From: Candidatus Omnitrophota bacterium
GTDB taxonomy: Bacteria; Omnitrophota; Omnitrophia; Omnitrophales; Aquincolibacteriaceae
Direction: 5' to 3'
Assembly: GCA_035368605.1 (NCBI GenBank)
Contig: DAOSLF010000006.1
Location: 17,301-81,300 of the forward strand
DNA: 64,000 nt
Shown: positions 1 to 10,049 of the stretch, one piece after another
Layout: each line of letters starts with the position of its first letter
Position numbering within the stretch: position 1 is the first letter of the stretch
Position numbers and translations under genes: made by a program
Notes under the pieces: model-generated
Told to the model about the DNA's origin: nothing
Databases searched by the model: none
What the model saw: only the letters and a program-made list of their open reading frames with translations

Positions 1-722
1 TGAAGGACCTCTTTCCAGAGATAATCTGTTTTAATCCCGTCAGGATTGGGAGGATTCCCGGCCCCGTCATTCCACCCCTTATTGAAGGGCAAAAACCATG
101 ACTCTTTCGCCTTGAGGTGGGTGCACATCCTTACTTCCTGATCATCGACCGCGAAGTGAACGATGCACCGCCCGAACTGAAACAGGAGTTCCCTGGGATC
201 ACGGTCCCTTTTGTATTGCTGAACAGCATCCTCAACGGTTTGTTTCGTGAGACGATTTTTGAGTTCGAAGGTTGCCACAGGAAGACCGTTGATGAAGATG
301 CCTAGGTCCAGGGCCAGCTGGGTTTCGTCCTTGCTGTATTTCAGCTGCCGTGTAACGCTGAAGATGTTGGACTTGAAAAGCTCAGCTGCGCGAACATTGC
401 CCGGGGTTGGCGTGCCGTAAAAGAGCACTACAGACAAAGGCCCATCGTTGACTCCTTTTCGGAAAACATCAATCACGCCTCTCCTGGCGATTTCCCCCTG
501 AATGCGGGCAAGAAACTTCTGTCGCTTCGGGTTGTCGGTCGTGAGATTCAGGCTTTCCACCACCCGCGGCTGGGTTTTCCGGAAAAACTCTATCAGCTTC
601 GGGAGGTCAACGGCATGGTCGCGATCATAGTCCCCGGCATCGCCCTGGACATATTTGGCGTCCTTGACCAACGATTCAACAATGAGGGCTTCCAACCCCT
701 TTTCGCTAGTATCACTCGGCAT
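1..722 (-). CDS. hsdR: Type I restriction enzyme R subunit HsdR, N-terminal part; the gene runs off the left edge of the window
   Basis: The minus-strand frame from an ATG at 722..720 is open through position 1 and reads MPSDTSEKGLEALIVESLVKDAKYVQ...DLPKLIEFF...TDYLWKEVL, an HsdR N-terminal domain. It overlaps the hsdS stop by about 11 nt, immediately downstream of hsdM/hsdS. It is absent from the ORF track, which shows only complete ORFs. Confidence 0.7.
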   Translation of the reverse strand, partial: MPSDTSEKGLEALIVESLVKDAKYVQGDAGDYDRDHAVDLPKLIEFFRKTQPRVVESLNLTTDNPKRQKFLARIQGEIARRGVIDVFRKGVNDGPLSVVLFYGTPTPGNVRAAELFKSNIFSVTRQLKYSKDETQLALDLGIFINGLPVATFELKNRLTKQTVEDAVQQYKRDRDPRELLFQFGRCIVHFAVDDQEVRMCTHLKAKESWFLPFNKGWNDGAGNPPNPDGIKTDYLWKEVL

Positions 723-2085
723 CCGCTGTCTCCTCCAGAAAATCTTCGGATTCCTCCTGGATTTCTTCTTCTACCAACGGCAACTTCTCAGCTGCCGGTC
801 GCACGTCTAGCTTACCAGTCACTACATCTGCCACAAGTCGTGTTTTATACTCTCTTAGCAAACCCACTTCACGATCGACGCTTTTAATAGCTTTGTCAAA
901 CGGCTTAACTTTCTCATGAACGTATTCAACAATTTTTTCCTGTTCTTTTTTATCGGCAGGAAACGCCAGGTGGAAAGAAGATAAACGCGACTCCGCTATC
1001 GCTGGATATGCAATGCCGATGGAATTCGCTGTAACCCGATCAATAAAGGCTGGAGACTGTATCCCGAGCGTTAAAAATTCAGGTATCACACCTTCTCGGG
1101 GACTAAGAACGGCAAACCCAGTCGATGCTATTAAATTCTCATCATGGGAGCTAATAAAATAAACCGCTTTCAAATATGTCCTTACTGTTGAGATAATAGT
1201 ATCTCCAAAACGAAGCATGCGCCGCGCTCGAGATGGGGCGTTTTTAAATTTCATCTGTTCTGGCTCATGAACCAATCGTCCGGTTCCGACGCACCCTATG
1301 TCGAAATATCGAAATTCATATTCAGGATCAGTCCCTATCCCAAGCGTTTTTTCATTTATTCTGGCCCAATGTTTTAATGGTTTGACTTGCCAATGCTTAG
1401 GAATATCGCCAAGCCACGGAATGTTGGATGGTTTAAGAGGAACGGATGGATCGAGACCGCGAGTAACGGCGCGGTGAATGATGGTCTGCTTCTGCTCATT
1501 GAGCAGTGTCAGGAGTCTCTTTTTTGTTTGAATTGCTCGATTTATTTTTTGATTAACTGTAAAGAGAAAACGACCGATCTTTTCCTGTTCTTCTTTTGGC
1601 GGGAGAGGCATATAAGCGCGGCTTAAGCGGACGTAATCAATATTCTGTCCTTCGCGAATGCCCGTCACAAACAGAGTAAGAGCGTTAATAAAATTTGGAG
1701 ATTTGAAAAAATTAGCAAAAAAAGATCTATCAACCACTTCCTTGGGAGCCAAAATCGTATAAGCAGGGCTGATGATGCCTCGATTGTGGGCGATTTCAAT
1801 CCCACCTTGGAAGGAACGAAGACTGATAACAAAATCTCCAACCTCAACCAATTTCAACAAATGAAAATCCTTTTGAGCCGTAACTGTTCGTTCCCCGTAA
1901 TCTTCCTTACGAACAACGCCTTTCGTTTGGGTTGCCGCAAGCAACGGTTCGTTTGGGAATCCCTTTTGGACTCGCTCATGAAATAAGAACTTCATTCGCC
2001 GCTGAGACCAATGTGAAGGCATTCTATCGACCCAAGGCAGCTCAGTCTCCTTGTAATCGGGATAAGGACGAAGACCCTCGATCAC
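712..2085 (-). CDS. hsdS: Type I restriction-modification specificity subunit HsdS with two target-recognition domains
   Basis: 457 aa with duplicated TRD architecture and central/C-terminal conserved helices. Low GC (about 35-42%). GTG start. Confidence 0.85.
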   Translation of the reverse strand: MIEGLRPYPDYKETELPWVDRMPSHWSQRRMKFLFHERVQKGFPNEPLLAATQTKGVVRKEDYGERTVTAQKDFHLLKLVEVGDFVISLRSFQGGIEIAHNRGIISPAYTILAPKEVVDRSFFANFFKSPNFINALTLFVTGIREGQNIDYVRLSRAYMPLPPKEEQEKIGRFLFTVNQKINRAIQTKKRLLTLLNEQKQTIIHRAVTRGLDPSVPLKPSNIPWLGDIPKHWQVKPLKHWARINEKTLGIGTDPEYEFRYFDIGCVGTGRLVHEPEQMKFKNAPSRARRMLRFGDTIISTVRTYLKAVYFISSHDENLIASTGFAVLSPREGVIPEFLTLGIQSPAFIDRVTANSIGIAYPAIAESRLSSFHLAFPADKKEQEKIVEYVHEKVKPFDKAIKSVDREVGLLREYKTRLVADVVTGKLDVRPAAEKLPLVEEEIQEESEDFLEETADAE

Positions 2086-2226
2086 CTAAAGGCTCCCGAA
2101 GTATTTTTTAATCTTTTGCGCCACTCCGGCATTCCAAAGGCAAACGCTTAAATAAGCAACCCCTTTGTTTTCAATGGGTTGCGTTGTTTTGTCTGTTTTT
2201 ATCATGAGTGCTCTTTAAATAAGATT

Positions 2227-3636
2227 TCAGGCCCAAATCGGTAAATAACGGGCGTATTTACGCGACCCTCCGACTTTTTCATCGGGTTTGATGGCTCTGG
2301 TTTCGATGGCGGCGGCAATGATCTGCGAAATGATAGCGCTCTTGCTTTCCGGCTGGCGAAACCGCTCGCGAAGAGACTGGTTGGTCATGCGCTCGGCCAT
2401 AACCCATTTCAGGCAACAGTGCTGGTAGCAGGCACGGACGCGATCGTCGCGATCCATGGCCTCAAAACCCCGTGGTCCGAAGATGATAACGACCGTGCGG
2501 CGATGACTGGCCCGGAAATCCGGCGCGGGAAGCTGGTAAACCTCGGCTGCCTGAACGACTTTATCGATACCGCTGCTCTTCTCCTCGCAAATGCGCATCC
2601 GGCGCATGAGATCGGCGAGCCGCTCGTTGCGGGACTGGTAACCGTCGATGAAACGGTCCACGGGCACGATCGGTTCGCCGGGGTTCGAGATTTCGACACG
2701 ATCAGAGTAAATTTCCACCATCATGGATGCACCACCGATCAAAAAATCCTGGTGGACAAGCGCATTGGCAACGAGTTCGCGAATAGCGATTTCCGGGACA
2801 AGCTTTACCTCTTTGCGCAAGGCATCCTGGATGACTTCATTTTGAGGAAGCTGTCCCATGATGAATCGCACGAGTCCCTGAAAACCGACAGCGTAGCCTT
2901 TCGTACCGGGCTGGTCCAGCCTGGTCTCCATTTTGGATGTGCCGGTATAAACAACCACGCGGGGCGCTTTGCGGGAAATGTCCGCAAAATCCTGAAGATG
3001 CTTGGCCAGTAGCAGCGCACCTATACGGCGAATGGCATAACTGCCGTCAACCAAGTCTACAAGGCGTTCTTGCCGGAGACGGTCCAGCACGCCGGTCTGC
3101 TCCTCGGGATAGGGCAATTTGAGCAACTCGAAAAAACCCTGAGTGTCCAACCGTTCAACTACTTGTGCGGCATCCAGACCCGTGAGCGAGTGTCCTTCCA
3201 GCCAGTCCGGCTCGCCTTCGGCAAAAATTCTGCGCAACTGATCCTCACTCATGGGCTGGAGTTCCCGTCCGGCGCGCATAAAATAAGTGCCATCCAGGTG
3301 ATAGGCCGTGCCCAAAGGCCGGGAGGGGATATGAAATACCACAACGCGCCCGGCCGGGTGGGCAACGGCTTCGACATCCACGCGAAAGCCAAGAGTTTGA
3401 AAGAGTTTCTCTGCCATGCCAACGGGATCGTTGACGGCTGCCGTTCCAACGACGGCATGCGGCGGCTTGTCCGCTATACCAAACAGCATTTGCCCCCCGC
3501 CTTCATTCGCAAGCGCGACGCAGTATTTACAGAGCGTGCGATAATCGAATTGCGTTTTGGCTTCCTTGAACTCCAGACGTTGATGCTCGGATGGAGCGCT
3601 GCGTAACAAGTCGATTTGCGCGAAAGAGGTACTCAT
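2227..3636 (-). CDS. AlbA_2 (Schlafen-like) DNA-binding domain plus C-terminal HATPase-like domain protein, embedded in the type I RM operon
   Basis: 469 aa. The N-terminus resembles the AlbA_2 / divergent AAA fold; the C-terminus reads EIAIRELVANALVHQDF...EISNPG (HATPase_c_4-like). Its ATG overlaps the hsdM stop (ATGA). Confidence 0.65.
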   Translation of the reverse strand: MSTSFAQIDLLRSAPSEHQRLEFKEAKTQFDYRTLCKYCVALANEGGGQMLFGIADKPPHAVVGTAAVNDPVGMAEKLFQTLGFRVDVEAVAHPAGRVVVFHIPSRPLGTAYHLDGTYFMRAGRELQPMSEDQLRRIFAEGEPDWLEGHSLTGLDAAQVVERLDTQGFFELLKLPYPEEQTGVLDRLRQERLVDLVDGSYAIRRIGALLLAKHLQDFADISRKAPRVVVYTGTSKMETRLDQPGTKGYAVGFQGLVRFIMGQLPQNEVIQDALRKEVKLVPEIAIRELVANALVHQDFLIGGASMMVEIYSDRVEISNPGEPIVPVDRFIDGYQSRNERLADLMRRMRICEEKSSGIDKVVQAAEVYQLPAPDFRASHRRTVVIIFGPRGFEAMDRDDRVRACYQHCCLKWVMAERMTNQSLRERFRQPESKSAIISQIIAAAIETRAIKPDEKVGGSRKYARYLPIWA

Positions 3637-5957
3637 GTTTTTCCTTTCAACAGACCATCGAGAAGCCCCTCGGCTTCCTTCCCGATAGCCAGAATATCTG
3701 CCCGGATTTCGTCCAGTGTTCTTAACGGCTGTGGCTTGTAAAAATGACGCGTAAAAGAAATCTCGTAACCGATCCGGGCCGACTCATTGATCCAGGCGTC
3801 GGGCGTATAGGGTAGGACTTCGCGGCGGATAAAAGCTTCTATCCCGCCTTCTTCCAGAAGCGGTACCTGCTCCGTATCCCTCAAATCAGAGTCTGGTTCA
3901 TATTGGGCAATATGCTTTTTGCCGTCTATTGAGATTTCATATCGACCATAAAGCGGGGAGGCTTCGGCTTTCCCGGGCCTGAACAGCCTGGCGATAACCG
4001 GCGGAGCTGTTTCAACGCGCCAGCTTGCTGCGCGCAGGATGGTTTTAAGATTGGCAGCTCCAATTTCAAGATTCAGTTTTTCGAGAGCGTCGTTCACTCT
4101 AGATCGAAAAATATTATGGTCTTCGAACAACCCGTCTCCCAGTTCTTTCCCGAGAGATGTGGCAATTTCAACAAGTCTTTGGTCGCGTTCCCACGTCCTG
4201 GGATCGAGAAGCTTCTTTTTCTTCTTGTCAGAGAGCCCCTTCCCGGAAGATGCTTCCCCGTCCTCCGAGCCCTCTTCGTCGCTTCCCCATTCATCCAGTG
4301 CTTTTTCCAGCCGGGGTTTTACCTTGGAGAAGTCCCTGGAGAGAGCATCGCCAAACTGGCCGTAGAGACGCGAACGAATATCCTCATCTCCGGAGCTGAA
4401 GCGCAAGGATTCTATCGCCTTTGGCGTGATCCGGCTGTGAAGACGCAGCGGCCGTTCAACGGTAACCTTCCAATAACCAAAGGCCGTATTGGGAAAAATC
4501 CTGGATTGTTCTGTTTCCTTGAAAGAGAGGTATGTCTGGCATATGCTTTGAATATCTTCCTCGGCAAGATCGCAATTCTTCTTCCCGAGATTCTTGCGGC
4601 GGGGTTTGAACCACTGCGTGGCATCAATCAGTTGGACCAACCCCTTGCGGGAGTCCGGCTTTCGGTTCGTCAACACCCAGATATAGGTGGCAATGCCCGT
4701 GTTGTAAAAGATATTCAAGGGCAGGGCAATAATAGCCTCCAGCCAGTCATTTTCGATTATCCAGCGGCGGATGTTGGATTCACCCTGCCCGGCGTCCCCG
4801 GTAAAAAGAGACGAACCGTTATGGACTTCGGCAATGCGGCTCCCTAACGGGGTATCATGTTTCATCTTGCTCAGTTTACTGGCCAGGAAAAGAAGCTGTC
4901 CGTCACTGGACCTTGTGATCAAGCTGAAACCAGGATCATCTGCGTGGCTAATTATAAAACGAGGGTCCTTTATCCCGTCTTTTCCTCCCATGCGTTCAAG
5001 GTCTGTTTTCCAGCTTTTACCGTAAGGCGGATTTGAGAGCATGAAGTCAAATGATCTGGAGGGGAATCCATCCTGGGACAATGTGGACCCATACTTGAAA
5101 TTCTCCGCCTCCTCACCCTGCCCCTTGAGCAGGAGATCCGCCTTGGTAATAGCATAGGTTTCGGGGTTCACCTCTTGCCCAAACAGGTGTATGGCTACAT
5201 CTTTTTTGTGATCTTTGGCCAGTTTTTGAAGCACTTCTTCAGCGACGGTCAGCATGCCGCCCGTGCCGCAGGCTCCATCGTAAACAAGATAAGTGCCTGA
5301 TGTGATCTTTTCGGATACGGGCAGAAAAACAAGCTTCGCCATAAGCTCGACAACGTCGCGGGGCGTAAAGTGCTCTCCGGCTTCTTCGTTGTTCTCTTCA
5401 TTGAAACGGCGGATAAGCTCTTCGAAGATGGTCCCCATCGCGTGATTATCAAGACCCGGAAGTCGAACCTTTCCATCGGTATCCATGACGGGCTTGGGGC
5501 TAAGGTTGATTGTGGAATCCAGGAACTTCTCAATCAGATGCCCCAGAATGTCAGCTTCGATGAGTGTTTGTATTTGGTTGCGGAATTTGAACTTCTCAAG
5601 AATCTCCTGAACATTGGGCGAAAAACCATTCAGATAATCTTCGAAGTCGGCCTTCAACTGCTGTTGTTTTGCTCTCGCGCGGAGGTCCCTTAAAGTAAAC
5701 TGCGAGGTATTGTAGAAGGCTTGCCCGGAAGCCTGACGCAGGGCGGCGTCTTGATTGGTGATGCGAGACTTGTCCAACGTATTCCGCATTTCAAGAACAG
5801 ATTGTTTCGTGGGTTCCAGCAGCGCGTCCAGCCGCCGGATCACGACCATCGGAAGGATTACATCGCGGTATTTCCCTCTAACATACACATCGCGCAAAAC
5901 ATCATCCGCTATGCCCCAAATAAAGTCCGTGATCCAGTTCAGCTCTCCGTTAGCCAT
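3633..5957 (-). CDS. hsdM: Type I restriction-modification N6-adenine DNA methyltransferase HsdM, unusually long, with a C-terminal extension of about 250 aa
   Basis: 774 aa with an HsdM_N-like N-terminus and an NPPYG catalytic motif (LSNPPYGKSW). It has an acidic/Lys-rich low-complexity linker followed by an extra C-terminal domain. Confidence 0.9.
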   Translation of the reverse strand: MANGELNWITDFIWGIADDVLRDVYVRGKYRDVILPMVVIRRLDALLEPTKQSVLEMRNTLDKSRITNQDAALRQASGQAFYNTSQFTLRDLRARAKQQQLKADFEDYLNGFSPNVQEILEKFKFRNQIQTLIEADILGHLIEKFLDSTINLSPKPVMDTDGKVRLPGLDNHAMGTIFEELIRRFNEENNEEAGEHFTPRDVVELMAKLVFLPVSEKITSGTYLVYDGACGTGGMLTVAEEVLQKLAKDHKKDVAIHLFGQEVNPETYAITKADLLLKGQGEEAENFKYGSTLSQDGFPSRSFDFMLSNPPYGKSWKTDLERMGGKDGIKDPRFIISHADDPGFSLITRSSDGQLLFLASKLSKMKHDTPLGSRIAEVHNGSSLFTGDAGQGESNIRRWIIENDWLEAIIALPLNIFYNTGIATYIWVLTNRKPDSRKGLVQLIDATQWFKPRRKNLGKKNCDLAEEDIQSICQTYLSFKETEQSRIFPNTAFGYWKVTVERPLRLHSRITPKAIESLRFSSGDEDIRSRLYGQFGDALSRDFSKVKPRLEKALDEWGSDEEGSEDGEASSGKGLSDKKKKKLLDPRTWERDQRLVEIATSLGKELGDGLFEDHNIFRSRVNDALEKLNLEIGAANLKTILRAASWRVETAPPVIARLFRPGKAEASPLYGRYEISIDGKKHIAQYEPDSDLRDTEQVPLLEEGGIEAFIRREVLPYTPDAWINESARIGYEISFTRHFYKPQPLRTLDEIRADILAIGKEAEGLLDGLLKGKT

Positions 5958-6199
5958 TGTTTTTCTCTTCTCTCCCCAGGCAGCGTTTGGTCAAAACCGG
6001 GCTATTCTAGTCCCCTGAAAATAAAAAAGCCACGGAAACAACCGTAAGTCAGGTTGGGTAAAAGGCGACGGCATCATGCCGCGGGAAACCGCGGAAAAAG
6101 CGTGCGTGCGGCGGATTTGTGGCGCCCGGGACCGAAAAAAGGCGGGAAACACCGGCAACCACCGCAAGGAACTGAAGCGGGTTGCGCAGATAAAAACCT

Positions 6200-6273
<74 letters not shown>

Positions 6274-6297
6274 AAGAAACCGAAGACGGACTCCAAC

Positions 6298-7701
6298 TCA
6301 GGCGCGCCTCCTCGAAAAAGCGTGTGTTGCCTGTCCGTAGAACATTTCGGCGCATTCCATGAGGGTCTCGGAAAGCGTCGGATGCGCGTGCACGATACTT
6401 CCGAGTTCCCCGGCCGTCATCCCTTTTTCGACGGCGAGGACCGCCTCGCCGATCAGCTCTCCGGCGCCTTTTCCCGCGATGCCTGCCCCCAGGATTCTCT
6501 CGCTCGCCGGATCGATCAGGAGCTTCGTCGTCCCGTCCGGATGATCGACCGTGACCGCGCGGCCGGAGGCCGTCCACGGGAATTTGACGATCTGGACCGG
6601 AATGCCTTTCGCGCGCGCTTCGGCTTCGGTGAGACCGCACCAGGCCACTTCCGGGTCCGTGAAAACCACGGCCGGGATCACGGGAACCGAAGCGCCGGCT
6701 TTCCCGCCGCAGATCGCGTCCACCGCCACCCTGGCCTCCCGCGCGGCCTTATGGGCAAGCATCACTCCGCCCGTCACGTCCCCGATCGCGAAAACGGACG
6801 GTTCTGCCGTCCGCTTGTCCGGATCCGTGACGATAAATCCGCGTTCATCGGACCGGACCGCCGTTCTTTCCAGAGCGAGGCCGCCGGTGAAGGGCACGCG
6901 ACCCACCGAAACGAGCACGCGGTCAAAATCCTCTTCAAGCGTCTTGCCGTCCGTTTCGATCACGGCCTTCACGCGATCCTTCGCATCCGCAAGGCTCACG
7001 ACCCTGGCGTTCAGGCAAATCTTCTCAAAACGTTTCCGGGCCGGTTCTTCGACGTACCGGACAAGGTCCGCGTCCGCCCCGTTCAGCATCGCCGGAAGTG
7101 CCTCCACGACCGTCACCCGGCTCCCGAGCGCCGCGTAGGCCGTCCCGAGTTCCATGCCGATGTACCCCGCGCCGATCACGAGCAGCCGCCCGGGGATATC
7201 CCGCAGTTCCAGCGCCTCAGTCGAAGTCATCACTCCCGGACCGCCGTCCCGGAACGCTTTCGGAACGGCCGGAACGGATCCTGTCGCGATGATCGCGTGG
7301 TCGAAACCGATCACGATGCCGCCGGCGCTGACCGTCCGCGCGTCCTGAAACACAGCCTCACCGCGGACGATCTCAACCCCCCGCCGTCCCGCGAGCCCCG
7401 TGATCCCCCGGCCAAGCTTTTCAAGGATCCCCGATTTCCAGGCGCGGAGTTTGTCGAGATCCAGCGACGGTTCCGGGAAACGGACACCGAACTTTTCGGC
7501 CTCCTTCGCGCCGAGGACCGTTTCCGCCGCGTGCAACAGCGCCTTGGACGGGATACACCCGCAGTTCAGGCACACGCCGCCAAGCCGGGGTTCTTTCTCG
7601 ACAAGAACAACCTTTTTCCCCTTGACGGCCGCGTGGAAGGCGGCCGTGTAGCCGCCGGGACCGCCGCCGATCACAAGAATGTCCGTTTTGATATGGGTCA
7701 T
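6298..7701 (-). CDS. lpdA: Dihydrolipoyl dehydrogenase (E3 component)
   Basis: 467 aa with FAD motif GGGPGGY, redox-active disulfide CLNCGCIPSK and a C-terminal dimerisation domain. Confidence 0.9.
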   Translation of the reverse strand: MTHIKTDILVIGGGPGGYTAAFHAAVKGKKVVLVEKEPRLGGVCLNCGCIPSKALLHAAETVLGAKEAEKFGVRFPEPSLDLDKLRAWKSGILEKLGRGITGLAGRRGVEIVRGEAVFQDARTVSAGGIVIGFDHAIIATGSVPAVPKAFRDGGPGVMTSTEALELRDIPGRLLVIGAGYIGMELGTAYAALGSRVTVVEALPAMLNGADADLVRYVEEPARKRFEKICLNARVVSLADAKDRVKAVIETDGKTLEEDFDRVLVSVGRVPFTGGLALERTAVRSDERGFIVTDPDKRTAEPSVFAIGDVTGGVMLAHKAAREARVAVDAICGGKAGASVPVIPAVVFTDPEVAWCGLTEAEARAKGIPVQIVKFPWTASGRAVTVDHPDGTTKLLIDPASERILGAGIAGKGAGELIGEAVLAVEKGMTAGELGSIVHAHPTLSETLMECAEMFYGQATHAFSRRRA

Positions 7702-7728
7702 AAAATTTCCGGGTTAATGCGGGATATT

Positions 7729-8664
7729 CTAACAAAAGAAGCGGGCAAGGGAACGGCTTTCTTGAGCGGATCGCCTGCGATAGAGCGCCGAGGCCCAACT
7801 CCGTCCCGTCATAACCTTCAAAAGCCTGAGTCTCGGGGTCGCGAACCGTTTCCTGAAATCCGGGAAGTGCCGTTTCGCGATCCCCGAAACCGCCAGGTAA
7901 CCTCCGGGAGCGAGCCGGTCGATCAGCCGTGACCGGTATTCAAGAAGCGTTTTTGACAATAAATTGGCACCGACCAGGTCGAATCTCCCGACCGCCGGGA
8001 GCTTCCCGAGACTGGCCCGGAAAAAACGCCCGCCTTCACATCCGTTCACGCGGTAATTCTTCGCGGCGATCTTCACCGACATCGCGTCGTTATCGAATCC
8101 CGCGACAATCACGGCTCCGAGCTTCGCCGCCACGATCGCGAGCACACCGCTGCCGGTCCCCGCGTCGAGAAAGCTCCGGAACCTCCCTTCCAGGCCTTCC
8201 ATCAGCCGGACCATCAGTTGGGTCGTCTCATGGCCGCCCGTCCCGAACGCGCTTCCGGGGTCCAGAATGACCGGGATCCGTTTCGAGCGGGTGCGCGGCG
8301 CCTTCCTCCACGCCGGAACGATCAGGAATTTCCTGCCCGCGGTCATGACCCGGCAGGTTTCGCGCCATTTGTAAAACCAGTCCCCCGGAGCGAGGGACCG
8401 TCCCCGGACATGAAGTCCCCGGATTCCGGCGGACTTGAGCCCTTCCACGATACATTTTTCTTTCGCACGCGCGAGGCCATAGCAACCGATCCGGAAATGT
8501 TTTTTATAATCCCAGATCGCGAGAGCCGCCGGCGGGACCTTCGCGCGGAGGAATTCCGCGCGGACCGCTTCTTTTTCCCGGGGACTGAGTCCGCGGCCCG
8601 AAACATTGAATTCGCGCAATCGGGAAGGAACGTTCATAAGCGTCTTATTCGAGAGGATAGTCAC
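7729..8664 (-). CDS. prmA: Ribosomal protein L11 methyltransferase PrmA
   Basis: 311 aa with the DPGSAFGTGGHETTQL motif. The annotated start is GTG; the true start may be the internal ATG (MNVPS) near 8637. Confidence 0.8.
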   Translation of the reverse strand: MTILSNKTLMNVPSRLREFNVSGRGLSPREKEAVRAEFLRAKVPPAALAIWDYKKHFRIGCYGLARAKEKCIVEGLKSAGIRGLHVRGRSLAPGDWFYKWRETCRVMTAGRKFLIVPAWRKAPRTRSKRIPVILDPGSAFGTGGHETTQLMVRLMEGLEGRFRSFLDAGTGSGVLAIVAAKLGAVIVAGFDNDAMSVKIAAKNYRVNGCEGGRFFRASLGKLPAVGRFDLVGANLLSKTLLEYRSRLIDRLAPGGYLAVSGIAKRHFPDFRKRFATPRLRLLKVMTGRSWASALYRRRSAQESRSLARFFC

Positions 8665-9451
8665 GGAGTTTCACGAACCGGAATCCCTTCGCCCTGAGCT
8701 GGGGGATGGTCTCGCGAAGCAGGATCGAGGTCCGGGTTCCGGCATCGCTTGCGGAGAACGTCGCGATCGACCCCGCGGCCGCCCTGAGCAGGGCCCCGGC
8801 GAACTCACCCCGCGTCGAATTCTCAGGCCGGATTCCGGTACCGACCACGTCATAGCCGAGGGCCCTCGCGATCCTCACCGCGATGTCGTCATAGTGAGAC
8901 GGCGCCGACCTGAAAAAATGCGGCAGGGCGCCCGTGACCGCTTCGATCTTCCGCGCGTTCTTCTCGATCTCGGCAAACACCTCTTCCACGTTCCGGGTCG
9001 CCGGCGCATCGGCGCCGGTTCCGGGGGCCACGAGGCAGGAACGGGCCTCGAGACCGAGATTCGCGATCTCAAAGAGAGGGGTCGCCGCGATCCGCTTCGC
9101 CAGTTCCGGATTCTTTTCAAGCCAGATGCCGCTCACAAAGAACGTCGCGGGAACGCTTTCCTTTTCGAGAAGGTCCAGAAGAGCACTGTAGAACTCCCCG
9201 CCCGTGCGGCCGCAGGCATTGAAGGTCACCGCCATCACCTTATCGGAGCTCCGGATACGGGTCTTGACGCCGGGAACGAGAGGACCCGTTTCATGGGGCT
9301 TTTCTCCCGAGAATTCGAGAAGGATGATTTCTTTAAGAACCTTGTAATCCTCGGCCTCGGCTTCCGCGGGAAGAGCGTCGGAACGGGGAATGGGACCGGT
9401 CAGCGCCATCGATATGAAAAACCATGCCGTTACGATCGGTTTCAGGTCCAT
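8645..9451 (-). CDS. Polysaccharide deacetylase (NodB-homology domain), probably secreted
   Basis: 268 aa with an N-terminal signal-like hydrophobic segment and a NodB-type catalytic domain. Confidence 0.65.
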   Translation of the reverse strand: MDLKPIVTAWFFISMALTGPIPRSDALPAEAEAEDYKVLKEIILLEFSGEKPHETGPLVPGVKTRIRSSDKVMAVTFNACGRTGGEFYSALLDLLEKESVPATFFVSGIWLEKNPELAKRIAATPLFEIANLGLEARSCLVAPGTGADAPATRNVEEVFAEIEKNARKIEAVTGALPHFFRSAPSHYDDIAVRIARALGYDVVGTGIRPENSTRGEFAGALLRAAAGSIATFSASDAGTRTSILLRETIPQLRAKGFRFVKLRDYPLE

Positions 9452-9458
9452 AAGCTGG

Positions 9459-10049
9459 TCATTTTCTCCGGGGTTTTGCCCTCTTGAGTATCGGTTGTCC
9501 CGAACATTTTTTGAGCAGTCTCCGGAGCAATTCGACGGGAAGCCCGACCACGTTCGTGCAGGATCCCTCGATCTTCCGAACGATCTTCGGCCCCTCCTGG
9601 ATGGCGTAAGCGCCCGCCTTGTCGAGCGGGTTCACTTGCCGGAAATAGTCCCGGATGGTATCGCGGGATAATCTTTTGAAATAAACGCGCGTCCTGGCGG
9701 TCCCCGAAAAGGACCGGCCCGTTTTCAGGTCCCGCAAGACAACGCCGGTATACACCTCATGGGCCTTCCCCGAAAGGGTCGTCAGCATCCGCGTTGCCTC
9801 GCGCATCGTTCGCGGCTTTCCATAGACTTTCTTCCGCCACACCAGCGTATCGGCGGCGAGCACATAGCGGGCCTTCGCGGGAAGCCGGGCGCGGAGGGCC
9901 TTGCCGAAAGCGTGTTTCAGGACAAGCTCGCGAGGTCCGTGTCCGGGCAGGACCTTTTCCCGGTAGCGGCTCGGAACGCAGCGGAAGCGGAGTTTCATTT
10001 TTCGAAGGATCTCGCGCCGCCGCGCGGACCGGGACGCCAGATAGATCAT
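9459..10049 (-). CDS. maf: Maf-like nucleoside triphosphate pyrophosphatase (septum formation protein Maf)
   Basis: MIYLASRSARRREIL...AGAYAIQ. I place the start at the ATG that overlaps the glgE stop (ATGA); the ORF track extends it to 10091. Confidence 0.8.
   Translation of the reverse strand: MIYLASRSARRREILRKMKLRFRCVPSRYREKVLPGHGPRELVLKHAFGKALRARLPAKARYVLAADTLVWRKKVYGKPRTMREATRMLTTLSGKAHEVYTGVVLRDLKTGRSFSGTARTRVYFKRLSRDTIRDYFRQVNPLDKAGAYAIQEGPKIVRKIEGSCTNVVGLPVELLRRLLKKCSGQPILKRAKPRRK

Noticed and set aside
5930-5960. An apparent 1-nt disagreement between my hand-translated sequence and the ORF-track coordinates at the hsdM start (a possible frameshift)
   Set aside because: Flanking ORF coordinates (5721, 6076, 6298) reconcile perfectly with the track, so this is most likely my position counting rather than a real frameshift. 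I kept the track coordinates.
6079-6094. A perfect hairpin, CCGCGG-gaaa-CCGCGG, between tRNA-Arg and hsdM as a possible terminator
   Set aside because: There is no U-tract on the side that would follow it in the minus-strand transcript (the T-run precedes it). It is more likely incidental structure in the hsdM leader.
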